From Octopus vulgaris (taxonomy: Eukaryota): 64,000 bases of DNA. The translations under genes and the position numbers were made by a program. The notes beneath the pieces are model-generated. The model searched no databases. It was not told where the DNA came from and saw nothing but the letters and a program-made list of their open reading frames with translations. How positions within the stretch are numbered: position 1 is the first letter of the stretch; each line of letters opens with the position of its first letter. Where the stretch lies: contig OX597818.1 in the NCBI GenBank assembly GCA_951406725.2, positions 5,146,001-5,210,000 on the forward strand, in the 5' to 3' direction. Shown piece after piece: positions 25,926 to 42,147 of the stretch.

Positions 25926-26144
25926 GGGGAGCTGACAGAATCGCATGCACTCTGACCAAAATGTTCAGCAGCATTTCGTCTGTCTCAGGCTCTGAATTCA
26001 AATTCCGCCGAGGTCGATTTTGCCTTTCATTGTTTCTGGGTCGATAAATTATGTCCCAGCGAAACAGTGGGGTCGATGTAATCGACTAGTCCCCTGCCCT
26101 CAAATTTCAGGCCTTGTGCCTTCAGTAGAAAGGATTATTATTAT
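25926..26144 (+). mobile_element. SINE family C with (TTA)n tail
   Basis: Similar to 22431..22660. Confidence 0.8.
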
Positions 26145-26312
26145 TTTGTTTGTTCTTATTCCTGTAGGATTTATGTGGGTTGCGGGTTGCTACCTGTAAC
26201 CTGAGATATCCACAAGTTTTCAGCAATCTTTCAAGTGCTTAGAACCCTCCTGAAAATCCTTGCTGTCCTTAGGAGCCAAACTTTCTGTAGGAGCTCTACC
26301 GAACATTCTATT
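26145..26312 (-). mobile_element. 3' fragment of an R4/Dong-like element
   Basis: The minus strand encodes SVELLQKVWLLRTARIFRRVLST*, then a UTR and (TAA)n. Confidence 0.72.
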
Positions 26313-26545
26313 GCAAAGGAGTTCTGTTATTATTTTTACTGGTAAATTACCTGTCAAATAAGGAAAAAAAAATGCTATGTTTAGAATAACATTTCAATTT
26401 AATTCAACCATTGTTTGAGAAATACACAAAACATATAATTTGATAATATATTTACATATTCTTAGGGATCTTTTCAATCACAGTCACTGGTTTTTCAATT
26501 AATTTTTTTCAACTAATCAGTTTGAAACTCCGGATACTGGTTGAA

Positions 26546-26732
26546 TGTGTCACGTAGAACACGGTTTACTCTTAGCGTTTTTAACAAAATTTTGTATTTT
26601 AGAAATTATTTCGTGTTAAAGTCGTCGTATTTAGGTAATTTTAACCAACCATTAACATGTATTCAGCTGAAAGAAGTTACTGCTGTTTGCGAAAGTAATG
26701 GAAGAGCAACAGCTTCAGGGTCATCGGGTCAT

Positions 26733-26768
<36 letters not shown>

Positions 26769-26946
26769 ATAAAAGTATAAAAGATAAGAAAGGTGAGAAA
26801 AACGGGAAATTCTTTTATAGGGAATACATAGTGTGTGTGCGTGTGTGTGTGCGTGTATTTTTTCCATCTTGTGCAATGTGTCCTCTCGTTTATATAATGT
26901 TAGCGTGTGACATTGAGAGAGATTTGGCTGTTATTTCCAACAAATC

Positions 26947-26982
<36 letters not shown>

Positions 26983-27275
26983 TGAACAGAGAGTGAGGTG
27001 GTGTGTTGATTATCTGAACGACAGCTTATATAAACTTACCAATTCCCTATCGCTGCATATTAATTAATTAAACCTTCTCCTTTTCCTTGCTTCCAGTCGG
27101 CGTTTTATCAGCTTTACGTATGAATGTGTGTGTGTGGAGGGGGGGTAAGGGTGATGGACAGCATGAACAACTGTCGTTAAATTCACAATCCCCTTCCGTC
27201 CTTAAGCTATGTATTCTTCACACCCACGTCCCTTTCCTTTCCTCAGCGTTCTAAAAGTATGTGTGTGTATGTATT

Positions 27276-27327
<52 letters not shown>

Positions 27328-27474
27328 CGTATACATGCGTCTGTGTATTTACGTACATATATGTATTCAGCGTCCAAAATTACCCAAATACGACAACTTT
27401 AACACAAAATAACTTCTGAACAAAATTTTGTCAAAAATGTTGTTAAGAGTAAACCGTGTTCTACGTAATACACA
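26546..27474. mobile_element. Putative MITE or pair of ~95-bp inverted repeats
   Basis: 26546-26642 (ACGTAGAACACGGTTTACTCTTA...) is the diverged reverse complement of 27376-27474. Confidence 0.6.
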
Positions 27475-28815
27475 GAGTGCTGAAGTGGCTGGACCGCATC
27501 CGCCCAAACCCTGAGAACAATAATCAGGTGAAAGAAATGATTGCATATGCCATAGGGGCCAGTGTAAAAACCACTTTGAAGAACCACATAGTAAAATATA
27601 ATACAAAAACTATACATGCAGGTTCAAGGTGCAGCCATCAGTGTCGGCGAATGTGGAGATGTGGCCGGCCTCTTCATGACCTGGTAGGACAGAAAACTTG
27701 AGCAAATGTTAGCAGAACAGTCCACAACTCTCCTACTCTACAGTATATATGTAGATGGCATTAATATCAGTTAGGGTCAACACTAATAACGGTCGTAGTG
27801 GTGAGCATCCAGCAAGTAGCTAACTCCATCCACCAAAGTATCAATGTAACTATAGATTATCTCACTAAGCACCCCAACAATAGACTCCCCGTACTTGATA
27901 CTGAACTTTGGGTAGAGACTGCGACCAACAGACTGCATCTTCTCCACTCCTATTACATGAAACCCATAGCTTCAAAATATGCTGTTCACAAGAACTCATC
28001 TTTGTCACACATACTGATTAACATACTGATAGAAGACTTAGGATAATGAACAACGTGCCCCTACTATGCGAACCCTATTAAACGAATAAAACATACAGAA
28101 CTTCAGCACCGCGTGCAGTTCTCTGCATATGATCAAAAGCATAGGGTTCGAGTATACAGGGGTGCTAGAAAGAAATTAGATAAGATTATACGTAATGATA
28201 CTAGTGGTACCTGCCCTAAACAAAGACTGAAATAGGATACAAAGAACTTGTGACAAAGCAAACAGGGTGAACACATGGTATAAAACCGACAAATATCAAG
28301 GAGCAATGTTTGTAGAGGCCACATCCCATGGAGAACTAGCCCATAAATTTAGAAAAGCTCTGAAGGAGACCAAAATTCAACATTAAGATTGTTGAAAAGC
28401 CAGGGAACTCCGTTAGATCACAACTATGTAGGACGTACCCCTTTGAGAATACCATATGCACCATTGATAACTGCATGGCATGTACGATTAGTCCTGGCAT
28501 TAACTGTACAACTAGAAGTGTAGTTTACAGCATAAGATGTATAGAAGGTGCTTGTAAAGACATGAACATGACATACATAGGGGAGACATCTAGTAGCATT
28601 GCGGAACGACTAAATAAGCGTTTGAGACGATATGACGACAAAGTCTTCCATACTCTACCAACATGGAGGCAACCTGGGAAAAGTTGACATCTGCATCTTA
28701 TTCAAGCACCCAAAGGATCCAACACACAAACAAATACGGGAGTATGTCCTCATAAATGAAACTTCCCCAACACTAAATAGGAAATATACCAAAGTTATAC
28801 CACAGGGAGAGTAGT
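27475..28815 (+). mobile_element. Penelope-like element of a different clade (Neptune/Nematis-like), degenerate
   Basis: QVQGAAI, IYVDGI, RLPVLDTELWV and GIY-YIG CTTRSVVYSIRC...YIGETSSSIAERL. The clade is tentative. Confidence 0.8.
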
Positions 28816-28862
28816 TAGTAGGCTGTTATGTAGATAGATGTATGTATGTGTGTGTGTGAGTT

Positions 28863-28907
<45 letters not shown>

Positions 28908-28908
<1 letters not shown>

Positions 28909-29277
28909 GAGGCGCAATGGCCCAGTGGTTTGGGCAGCGGACTCGCGGTTTCGATTCCCAGACCGGGCGTTGTGAGTGTTTATTGAGCGAAAACACCTAA
29001 AAGCTCCACGAGGCTCCGGCAGGGATGGTGGAGATCCCTGCTGTACTCTTTCACCACAACTTTCTCTCACTCTTACTTCCTGTTTCTGTTGTACCTGTAT
29101 TTCAAGAGGCCGGCCTTGTCACTCTCTGTGTCACGCTGAATATCCCCGAGAACTACGTTAAGGGTACACGTGTCTGTGGAGTGCTCAGCCACTTACACTT
29201 TAATTTCACGAGCAGGCTGTTCCGTTGATCGGATCAACCGGACCCCTCGTCGTCGTAACCGACGGAGTGCTTCCATC

Positions 29278-29280
<3 letters not shown>
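28908..29280 (+). mobile_element. tRNA-derived SINE family B inserted in (TA)n
   Basis: A-box-like TGGCCCAGTGG and B-box-like GTTTCGATTCC. A partial copy is at 43955. Confidence 0.85.
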
Positions 29281-29344
<64 letters not shown>

Positions 29345-29757
29345 AACATGTATGTAAGCATATAGATATGAAAGTAAACAGATCAACATACAGACGGATA
29401 GGTACATAGGTTATATGAACAGACAAACACACATACACAAATGAAGACTGAAACGCATAGCTATATACACGCACACACTTTACTTCACACAAGAACACAT
29501 ATGCAGACACACATCTACACATACATACAAACACGGTACATAGTTGCAAAACACACACACACTCAGACATGCACACAGAGAGACAGAGGTACACACACAC
29601 ACATATACAAACACACACAACATACATAGAAACACACAAGCACGGACATGCAAACACATTGATATGCAGAATACATACATGCATACATGCATGTATAGGC
29701 ATACACACACACATGCGCACAAATAAATAAAAAGGAACGCAGTGTGAGTAAGGGACA

Positions 29758-29894
29758 GAGTCAAAACTATTGAAAAGGTTGCAAGACGCAACGAAAATTA
29801 TAGAAAAATAAAAAGAAATAAGTGGAAATTTTACCGGTGAGTGTTTTAAATTATAAGGTACCAAAATGAGAATGACTCTCCCCAGACACAACAG
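29758..29894 (-). mobile_element. Partial copy of element Z (the end lacking the hammerhead)
   Basis: Matches 53177..53307 and shares the terminus CCCAGACACAACAG next to (TA)n. Confidence 0.8.
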
Positions 29895-30239
29895 TATATA
29901 TAGATATATAAGCATATATGGCTACAGGACGTTCAATATTTTCCTTTCGTTCTGGTCTGAGGACCCCCCCCCACGTTTGTTTTCATTCGGTTTCCTTGTA
30001 TGTCTCCACTGAATCCATGAATCCTAAATTTTGTTTGGGAGTTTGTAGGACCAGCTGTCTTTGGGGACTCGGGTTGTCTCTGGCTACTCGGGTTGGGGAG
30101 TGGGTGGACTGCGGACGGTTACTGGAGGGCTGTTTTTCTGTGTTTACTTGTCCTGTTTTCCATGTTTCTCTCTGTTTACGTATTTAACTCGTTTTTCTAC
30201 GTATTCCATGTTGTTTACAAAGTTGGTGACATCATCTAC

Positions 30240-30326
<87 letters not shown>

Positions 30327-30327
30327 C

Positions 30328-30678
30328 TCAAAATAAGCAACAAGAATGACTCCGGTAATTTGGTACGATCGTTTCGTACTACATCATTCTATTAAATGTT
30401 GTATTACAACAGATTTAAAATGCCGAGTACTCATCAGCCAATTATAGAGGTTTTGAGTACTTGACATTTGATGAGTACTCGTCATTTTAAATCTGTTGTA
30501 ATGCAACATTTAATAGAATGATGTAGTACGAAACGATCGTACCAAATTACCGGAGTCATTCTTGTTGCTTATTTTGATTATAATCACCCCACGGGTTTCT
30601 ATGGATAACACCATACGAAATTCTGGTGCATCTAAATTAAGTACCATATTCATTTGAATCTAAATTTTTGCTGAACTT
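30328..30678. mobile_element. Fold-back insertion in (TA)n with 109-bp inverted arms carrying hammerheads (PLE pLTR-like)
   Basis: 30328-30436 versus 30469-30577 shows two mismatches and a 32-bp spacer. The + arm continues ~100 bp to a (TA)n run. Confidence 0.85.
30360..30441 (-). ncRNA. Minimal type I hammerhead ribozyme with an extended stem II
   Basis: The minus strand reads TTGG-CTGATGA-GTACT...AGTAC-GAAA-CGATCG-TA^CCAA. Canonical core and palindromic stem III (ACGATCGT). Confidence 0.9.
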
Positions 30679-30729
30679 ATATATATATAACCAGCACTAT
30701 ATGCAATACGCAGTGATTAGACATAAGCG

Positions 30730-31280
30730 AACTTCAGATAAGGCAAATTCACAACAGTTATCGTGGAGAAAAATTCTGTCTTATAGTAAAAGGTGTAAAA
30801 ACATCATATCTATCCAGGGGTGACCTTTATCGATTTACGAAATGCAGCATTTCTGGCTCTTTAGCTTTCCTCAATGGGAAATACCGAAAATAGGTAACGC
30901 TTAAAGCTGAAGCTTTAACCAAAATGTTCCCAACATCGTTGACTGAGTTATGCTAATGGACCGTCCATTCAGGAGAAATTCCACAATATCAAAACATCTT
31001 AACTAACCTAACGTTCTTGGTGCTGATACTACTGAACTTCTCCCGACCGAGCAAATCAATGAATGCTGTTGACTGTTTTTTCGTGAAGACTACGGCTTAA
31101 AATCTGCGCAGCGTTACCTCTCTTCGGTATTTCCCATTGAGAAAGGCTAAAGTGTCAGAAGCGCTGCGGCTGTGAATATAATAGAGGGCAATACTGGGCA
31201 CAAAAGGTGATTTTACACCTTATACCATAAATGAGAAATTTTTCTCTACGGCAAGTGCAGTGAATTTTTCTTTAGAAGTT
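30730..31280. mobile_element. Putative MITE with ~170-bp imperfect terminal inverted repeats
   Basis: CTTTAGCTTTCCTCAATGGGAAATACCGAA...GTAACGCT (30844-30901) mirrors 31110-31168. The outer parts also mirror each other. Confidence 0.7.
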
Positions 31281-33574
31281 AAAGTATGTCGCAAACATAT
31301 TTTAACTAACTCAAATTAAGAAGGTGGAATCTGTTACAAGAAGGAGGGGGCTGTTGAGTCGAAACAGTTTATGAGTTCATAGTTTGAAAATGTAGCACTG
31401 TTCTTATCAATGTCTTGTGATGAAGTCTAGTACTGAAACAAGTAAAAGAATAAATGAATATATAAGCCCTCTCTTATTGCTGTGCAGTGCACAGTGTCAT
31501 GCACAGGGCACGATATGTGACTGTTTTAAGAAATTCGTATAATTTATTATGTTCTCGTTCATACACTGCTATGAACTTCGTCGTATAAAAAACACATCCT
31601 GCGTTATGTTTTCATTTATTTATTTCGTGGTGACATTTTAGTCACGAAATTTCCATCATACCTTGAAATGAATGAAATACTTAAATTAATCACTCTTGTT
31701 ATTCTTTTGTAATAACATTACATACGCACATATGTATATTTGAATGCATATATGTAACTATATACTCACTCACACACACGCACCCACATATTTATATAGG
31801 TATACACATAAATACTTATATATTTTATATACTTCTTCCATATTTTATCTTTTATTGTGTTTCAGTTATTAAACTGCGGCCATATTGTGACACCGCCCTA
31901 CATATAGATGTGTGTGGGTGATAATCCCTGATTTAAGATCTTAATGTAAAGTATTCCTTCATTCTTTTGTGGTGTCGTTCTTTGATACAAAGACCCCCGA
32001 TTTGACTGTCAACATTTTAAAGTAAATGTGATTTATGAGTAGCAGACATATTTGAAACATTACATAAATGAACACAATATGTAATTTCACTGTTACATAT
32101 CGAATTTTATTTTTATATTTCAAATGGTTGTCAGCAATAATTTTGGGATATTTTTTCATTCGTATCATTTAACGGTATAACACCTAATATTTCTTCGCCA
32201 CACTTCTGGAGGGGATCATTGACGGGTATTTAAAACAGTGAAATACAATTTTCTTCTAGACAATATACACATAAATTCAAACAGCACTGATTTATTACCG
32301 AACATTGCAAAGTTTGCAGACTAGTTGTGCATTAATTTCTATTCTATTAGAACAACATAAAAATTTTGAAAATTTATCTACATTTACTTCTTCAATAATT
32401 CACCAGGAAAAATTCTCTATATTATTTATATTTCTTTATATGACAGTATATACTGGGATAATATATAAAATATACAATGGCTATGCCTACATAAAGAAAT
32501 ACGCCCACGCATACAAACATTCATACATATACACGTGTACATGTATATGTGTTTAAGCTTGAGCATATTTGTAGACGTGTAGGTGAATATGAATGTGGGT
32601 GTGACCTTATGTTTTCATGTATATATAAATGATGGGTTAGACATTATGATTTAGATATGTCCGGTTTCGTCCTAAGTATTCTGTTAATGTCAATTCTGTT
32701 TCAATAAATGTTTGCAAGTCATCTTCTTAAGTATAAGTAACAGTATTTAGGAACAAACGATGAAATAGTAAACTCACACGCACGCACTCACGCACACACA
32801 CTCATATTGTCAAGTAATATATTCTTGGTTATGGTACATAACCAGTCAGAAAGTTATCACTGGTTTCATGTAAACTTTGCATCTGGTTTTTCAGACGTTC
32901 ATCAGACGTCATAAATAGAGGGTGGAAGCACATGAAATTAAAACCGCATTAAATGTTTTGAACTTTTGACTTTACTATGTTAGAATTTCTGTTTTATTTT
33001 TAATTTCAACAATGAATTCTTATTTTTTGCTTTCATTTACACCTTAAAATTTCTCAGTCTATTTATTTATGTACTTAATAATGTTTTTTCTTCAATCATA
33101 TTAAATATTATTTCTTACAAGAATACCCGTGTCATCAAAAATGCCGACACTTTTATCAATGATAGAAAATGGGATATCAACGCAATAAGATAAAAACCCA
33201 CACTAAATAAAGGTTAGAAGTGCAGTAAATATTTGTAAACTAGCATACTCGTGTCGACGAAAATAGTGAGTTTCATTAATGAAACTAGCACAGTGGGAAT
33301 AACCATTAATAAATGTCAGCAACCTAGTAAATATAAGTACATACACAGAATTGAAGTACTTAAAAAATCAGGTAAGATTTTAACGTCACTGTTGAAAATA
33401 TAACTCACATATGTATGAGTATATATACACACAAACACAGAGACGTTTATATACACGCACATGCACACACACAAACACATACACACACACACATGCACAG
33501 ACGCACATACACACACATACACAAACGCACATATGAACCTATTCATATATATATATATATATATATATACTTAT

Positions 33575-34677
33575 TACTACATCTATTTGATAGGCTTGCA
33601 AATCCCCTCTTCCAAAATTCACTTGTCCGTGGTGAAAGATAATCTTCCATTACTCTTCTGATCTCGTCTACAGAATTCATATTTTTTTGAAGACTGCAGA
33701 ATAAATAATAATCAGATGGGGCAATGTCCGGTGAATATGATGGCTGGGAAATCGTTTTCCATTGAAACTACTCCAGCGTTTGTGATGTCATTCTCGCTGT
33801 ATGTTGCCGAGCATTATAAATATGGAATTACAACTTTCGTCTTGAAACCATAGACGGTCGTTTTTCTTCTAGCGCTGAATTAAGCTTCTCCAGGTGCTCG
33901 CAGTAGATCTTCATTTGTTATCGTCTGGTTTGGATATAAAAGTTCAAACTGGAGTAAACTTTTCATGGGGTGCCGGTGTTTCTCTTTTCTCTACCCATGT
34001 GCCGCTGTTTCTCTTTTCCCTACCTACTGTCTTCGGCGCTTGACATTTTTATAGAGAACCCATTTCTCGTCTCCATTCACTATTCAGTGTCAAAAAGGTT
34101 CATTCGTGAGACTTGGCTGCAAAGAAGAGCACACAGTCACTCTCTGCGCGCGATTAGACTCGGAAAGTTTGACCCAATTTGCTGACTTTTGCGATGGTAC
34201 GCAGGTGTCGATGAATAGTTGAGTGATTAACTCCAAGCTTCTCTGCTAATTGCTCAACAGCTACGATGGAATTTTCTTCCACCAGTGTTTACTGGACGTC
34301 CCCGTTAAGCTCTAATATCTTCCAGGAAGAGGCTCGTCTTCTAGGCTGCAGTTTCCGGCTCGGAATTTCTGGAACGACCGTTGACACTGGGTTATACTTA
34401 TACTCCGATCTCCATATACTGCATTGATATTCCTCGCACTTTCCGTTGGGTTGTTGTCTTTATTGAACTCATACAGCAAAATATGCCAAATATACTCGTT
34501 TGTCACTTCAACTGTTAAAATCGAACTGCACACTTCAAAACTTGTATTTAGAATAAGGACAAGACAAAATTACTACCTGCTCTTATAGCAAGTTGATGCA
34601 TGTAGTTTACCCCCCCCCCTCCGACTTTTAGTTCATGCAATTGAAAAAACCCGCATTATTTATAGGAATGCCCTAAT
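33575..34677 (-). mobile_element. Mariner transposon remnant
   Basis: HILLYEF...SLEDEPLPGR and SYSPDIAPSDYYLF. TIR-like TATTAGGG...ATAATGCGG at the 5' end. No 3' TIR was seen. Confidence 0.85.
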
Positions 34678-35194
34678 ATATATGTGTGTGTGGGTGTGTG
34701 TGATAGAGTTTACAACTGTAGTGATGCCTTGAGTAGTAGATTTATTCGTAAATTCCAAGGAGGTGATCATATACGAAGACATGATAAATATTTGCTAGCT
34801 AATTAGATCGACTTCATAATTTGTGTCACCGCTTCACAGATAAAGGACAAGTGTTAAAAAATGAATATTTACCCAGGCTGATTATATTACACCAAGGCAA
34901 GTTTAATCCTTTTCTGTTGAATTAAATCATCCGTTCATGTAAAGGTACAAAATCTGTGCGCAGGAAATTCCCAAGATATCTATAATATAGCCAAGATATA
35001 TGTTGACCATTTTCAAATTCAACAAACCAAAAGTGAATTCTAATATAAATTGGTATTAGTAATGAATGCAGGTAAAAATTTCTAGTAGACCAATATAAAT
35101 TTTATTCAGTATCATCGACTTTCATGCACGACTAAGGAGTATGTAAAATCCCCACTTGCGGTGATATTCAAGAGTGCTAGATCATCATTTCAAC

Positions 35195-35302
<108 letters not shown>

Positions 35303-35304
35303 AC

Positions 35305-35880
35305 ATTGCAAGCTTACAGTGGGACCTGAATTCGATATACATGTGGGTCGAAATAAACAACATGCAGTTTATTGCACGAAAATTTCAAGCACTGCACCAT
35401 CAACTCTAGAATGTACTACAACCTGCAAATGCAGGACCCGAGGGTACTACAATTTCAGAGTCAAGTGAAAGACTAGGGGATCCAGTATTTGCAACGACGC
35501 ATCATTTTATATGCACATTACTAAGATAGCAGCAAAGTGCAGACAACTGGCAGCATGGATACTACGGTCCTTCAAGACAAGAGACCAGGAAACAATGTTG
35601 ACATTTAGGAGAACCTTTATTCTCACTCTCCTGGACTACTGCTCCCACTTATGGTCATCACATAGTGCCAAACTAATAGAGGAGCTTGAAGCAGTCCAAC
35701 ATCACTACACTAAAAAGATTGACACAATGTAGCGAATGAGCTACAGGGATAAGCTAAGAAAATTAACTTCACTCCCCGGAGCGAAGGCGTGAGAGATACG
35801 CAATAATCAACATATGGAAAAATCTACCCAATTTCGTCATTGAGCGTTAGAGAAATACCAGAACCGGCCGCCATTGTATT
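35305..35880 (+). mobile_element. CR1/L2-like LINE 3' fragment
   Basis: NMQF, LDYCSHLWS..LEAVQ and ERRRERYA. Related to 59522..60560. Confidence 0.8.
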
Positions 35881-37407
35881 ATATATGTATACTATTTACA
35901 CAGACATGCTTAGATGTACATACGCAGAAATATTCGTATCACGAATTTTTAAATTTCTAAACAACTTATTTATTTGTATTTCACTGAAAGTTTGTCGAAT
36001 TTTGTGAAATGAATCCCTCAAAGTTGGGAAATATATTAGAGCGTCTCTACATTGCTTTTCACTATTATTTGTCTCACTTTTTACGTTCTGATTTCCAATC
36101 TTTACCAGTTAACATTGATTCTCATTCTTCAGGTTTGTGTTATATGAAGTAGCAAATGCACTGTAGGAAATAAAATGTACTACAAGTCTGTCTTTGAGCA
36201 AAGCTGAGTGCCAACACTATCATAGAGCGCTCTAGAGCAAAACATGATGTGACGACTTCTTTAGTACAAAGCCAGTAAAATTGTATTATCAAGCATTAAT
36301 GATCTCCAATAATACCAAATCAGCGCATACATACACGCACATCTGATTATTTGCGCACACATACATAGTTACTCTCTGTCCCACTCTCCATAAAAATGAA
36401 GTCAATTATAAAATAAAATGCTTCTGAAAAAGAAGTAAATCTTAATCCGTTACACGATTTCAACTATACCAGATTGTATAGTGCAAATATATTATTGCTG
36501 CTGATTCTTCTGATAACAATGTCGATGGTGATGTTTGTGATGAGATTTTTTAGTTGTGGTAGTGGTAACAGTTGTGATAATTATCTAAATACCGTAGTTT
36601 ATTACCCGTCCGATAATCGTAATAATTATCCGAAATATTAAATCCGAAGAACCTATATTCATATCCTGAATTTTATCACGATTAATATGTACAAGCCAGT
36701 ATTGCGAAGAGTATATGATTGCTTAGTCTGGTGTTGCTGCCTGCGTTATCATTTTAACAGTTTTGTATGCAATTCGATGTATCGAGCCTCATCTTTGTGA
36801 ATAGTTTACAGTCGTCACTGAGAGAATTCTGACGTTTTATCTTTGGCGATAAGCACTTTCAGTAATACATTCCAGATATATTTCTGAATTCTTTATCTAA
36901 ATGAGAACATTACACATCAAGTGATAAATAGTGTTTATGTGCACGGCAAATAATCAATAACAGAATAAGCATAACATTGAGAAATATTGCAAGAAGATCC
37001 CAACGACTACTGTTACGGTATTTAAACATTTTTGAAGGAATAATTTACGAACCTCACTTCATCAATAATTACATTGCAGTAATAAGTCATCAAATTAATA
37101 TGAAAGCTTATTGAACTAAAAAAAATCAATGACAGAGCATATATTTCATTTATATATTCAATATATATAGTAAAGTGAAAGGTTAGAAAAGAAATTAATA
37201 CTTTACAATTTAGGAGCGATGTGCTCCTGGAAAATTTGTACTTTTTTAAGTATTCGAGATCGAATGACACGTGTGATTATGTTTAATATTTGATTCCGAT
37301 AATATTATATAACATCAAGCTAGGCCGTTAGGAACATTCACTATTATATTAATTGCTGTAGACTGAATTTAAGATATGTATTGAATGTCTGCGACACTTG
37401 TAGTGTT

Positions 37408-37934
37408 TATGAACACCACGCTGAAGCTGCTTCTACATGAACTATCTGAGAAAGCTGTTGAAAATCATTTGGCAAGACAAGGTCCCACATACGGAGGTCC
37501 TCTCTCAAGCTGATCTGTTAGATATTTACACATTGCTGAGGAGAGCGCAAGTCAGGTGGGCAAGTCACGCTTCCCCAAAGACTTTTACAGCGAACTGGCA
37601 GAAGGAAAGCGCATACAAGCTTGACAGAAAATAATGCTTCAGAGATACGTCAACACTGACACTTGGGAAATTCAAGCACAGGACCACCCAGCCTAGCGTA
37701 ACTGAAGCAACAGAAGTACCACCGCCTACGCACAGGATTGCAGGAGTACAAAGAAAGCGTGAGCTGCACAAGTCCAGAGCTAATTCCTTGCCTTCATTGC
37801 CTGCAGACCATTAGTTTCCGACCTGTAGCAGAGCCTTCCTAGTACGCGTCTGACTACCTGGCCACAGCGTGAGCTGTCTTCTCCCATGTGTTCTTGGTTT
37901 TCGTCAACAGCGACAGACGAACATTATCATTATT
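37408..37934 (+). mobile_element. RTE LINE 3' fragment
   Basis: YLRKLLKIIWQDKVPHTEVL...QVRWASH, followed by a CAT/TAT tail. Confidence 0.8.
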
Positions 37935-37975
37935 AAGTGAGAGAGCAACGGGTGAACATTATCTTTATCGTTACT

Positions 37976-38530
37976 GAGTGAGGGAGCAATGCATGCCATC
38001 AAAGTGACACCTGGGTACAAATTTACAAAGCCCGATATACCCACATGACTACCCGTCTGATAAGAGTACACTAGGTACATAAATCACAATCGTAAGTGCG
38101 CGACATAGTGATCGCATATCAAGATGAAAATCACATGGCCTTGCAGGTGGGACCCAGTTAGGATTTTATTCTGGTCGAGTAACCCATCCTGCTCAAAAGG
38201 TCCCTGAATAAGGTTGTTTAAGGATGTTGAACGAAACACCTATGTTTCCAGAGGTGAATTATTCAAACGCCAAAGAATCCCTCTCAACACATTGCTACGA
38301 TGCTCCCCCACTGCTTCTGCTCGTGATCAGAGATGCACATATCGTCAGCCACTAAGGGACATGCTCAACTGGTTAAGGTCAAACAACTGACAAGCAAATC
38401 TGTGGTATTGAGCAGAATATTTGCTGTAGCCCATCTTTTATACCAAGACAAAACAATGTACATGATAAAACTTCCAAACAGTTAATATCAGAAGCTATGA
38501 GAGCCACTGTCTGGTACTGCATCAGGACAC
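37976..38530 (-). mobile_element. Element X copy 3
   Basis: Full-length reverse complement of 3814..4368, more diverged than copy 4. Confidence 0.9.
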
Positions 38531-38589
<59 letters not shown>

Positions 38590-39145
38590 GAGTGAGAGAG
38601 CAGTTCATGCCATCAAAGTCATACTGGGGTAAAATATACGAAGCCCAATATACCCATCATGACTACCCGTCTGATAAGGGTACACCAGGCACATGCATCA
38701 CAACCATATGTGCGCGACATGGTGATCTCATATCAAGAAAAACAGCACATGACCTTGCAGGTAGGGCTCAGTTAGAATTTTCTTCGTGTTGAGTAGCCCA
38801 TCCCGCTCAAAAGGTCCCTGAATAAGGGTTGTTTAAGGATGTTGAAAGAACCACCTATGTTTCCAGAGGTGAATTATTCAAACCCCAAAGAATCCCTCTC
38901 AACACATGGCTATGATGCTCCCCCACTACTTCTGCTCGTGATCAGAGATGCACATATCGTCAGCCACTAAGGGACATGCTCAACTGGTTAAGGTCAAACA
39001 ACTGACAAACAAATCTGTGGTATTGAGCAGAATATTTGCTGTAGCCCATCTTTTATACCAAGACAAAACAATGTACATGATAACACTTCCAATCAGTTAC
39101 GATCAGAAGCCATGAGAGCCACTGCCTGGTACTGCATCAGGGCAT
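38590..39145 (-). mobile_element. Element X copy 4, flanked by (TTA)n on both sides
   Basis: Full-length reverse complement of 3814..4368. Confidence 0.92.
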
Positions 39146-41730
<2,585 letters not shown>

Positions 41731-42108
41731 AAATTTGCTCACATAATATCTACACATGCAACACTGTATTATGGTTGTGATTGTGCAAGTAATAACTTAC
41801 AATTGCATAACACTTTCGAATACAATATCATGTAATATTACTTTACAAACTTGATTGTAGTTTATTACTCAACAAATATTTCCGATTCAATGACGAAAAC
41901 AATACTGGAGGTCTTATAGGACGTAAAATAGTTGATAATCGTTAAAAAAAGAACACCCGAGTTACAACCCTAAATTCGATACAAACTATTCCTACACAAT
42001 GTTAACGATGTTCAGCAAAATTGTGATTTTCTCAAAGCTGGAAGCTATATTTGCATGCTCAAATTTCGGAAGAAAATATTATAACATTCGAAATATACTT
42101 GTGTGTGT

Positions 42109-42147
<39 letters not shown>

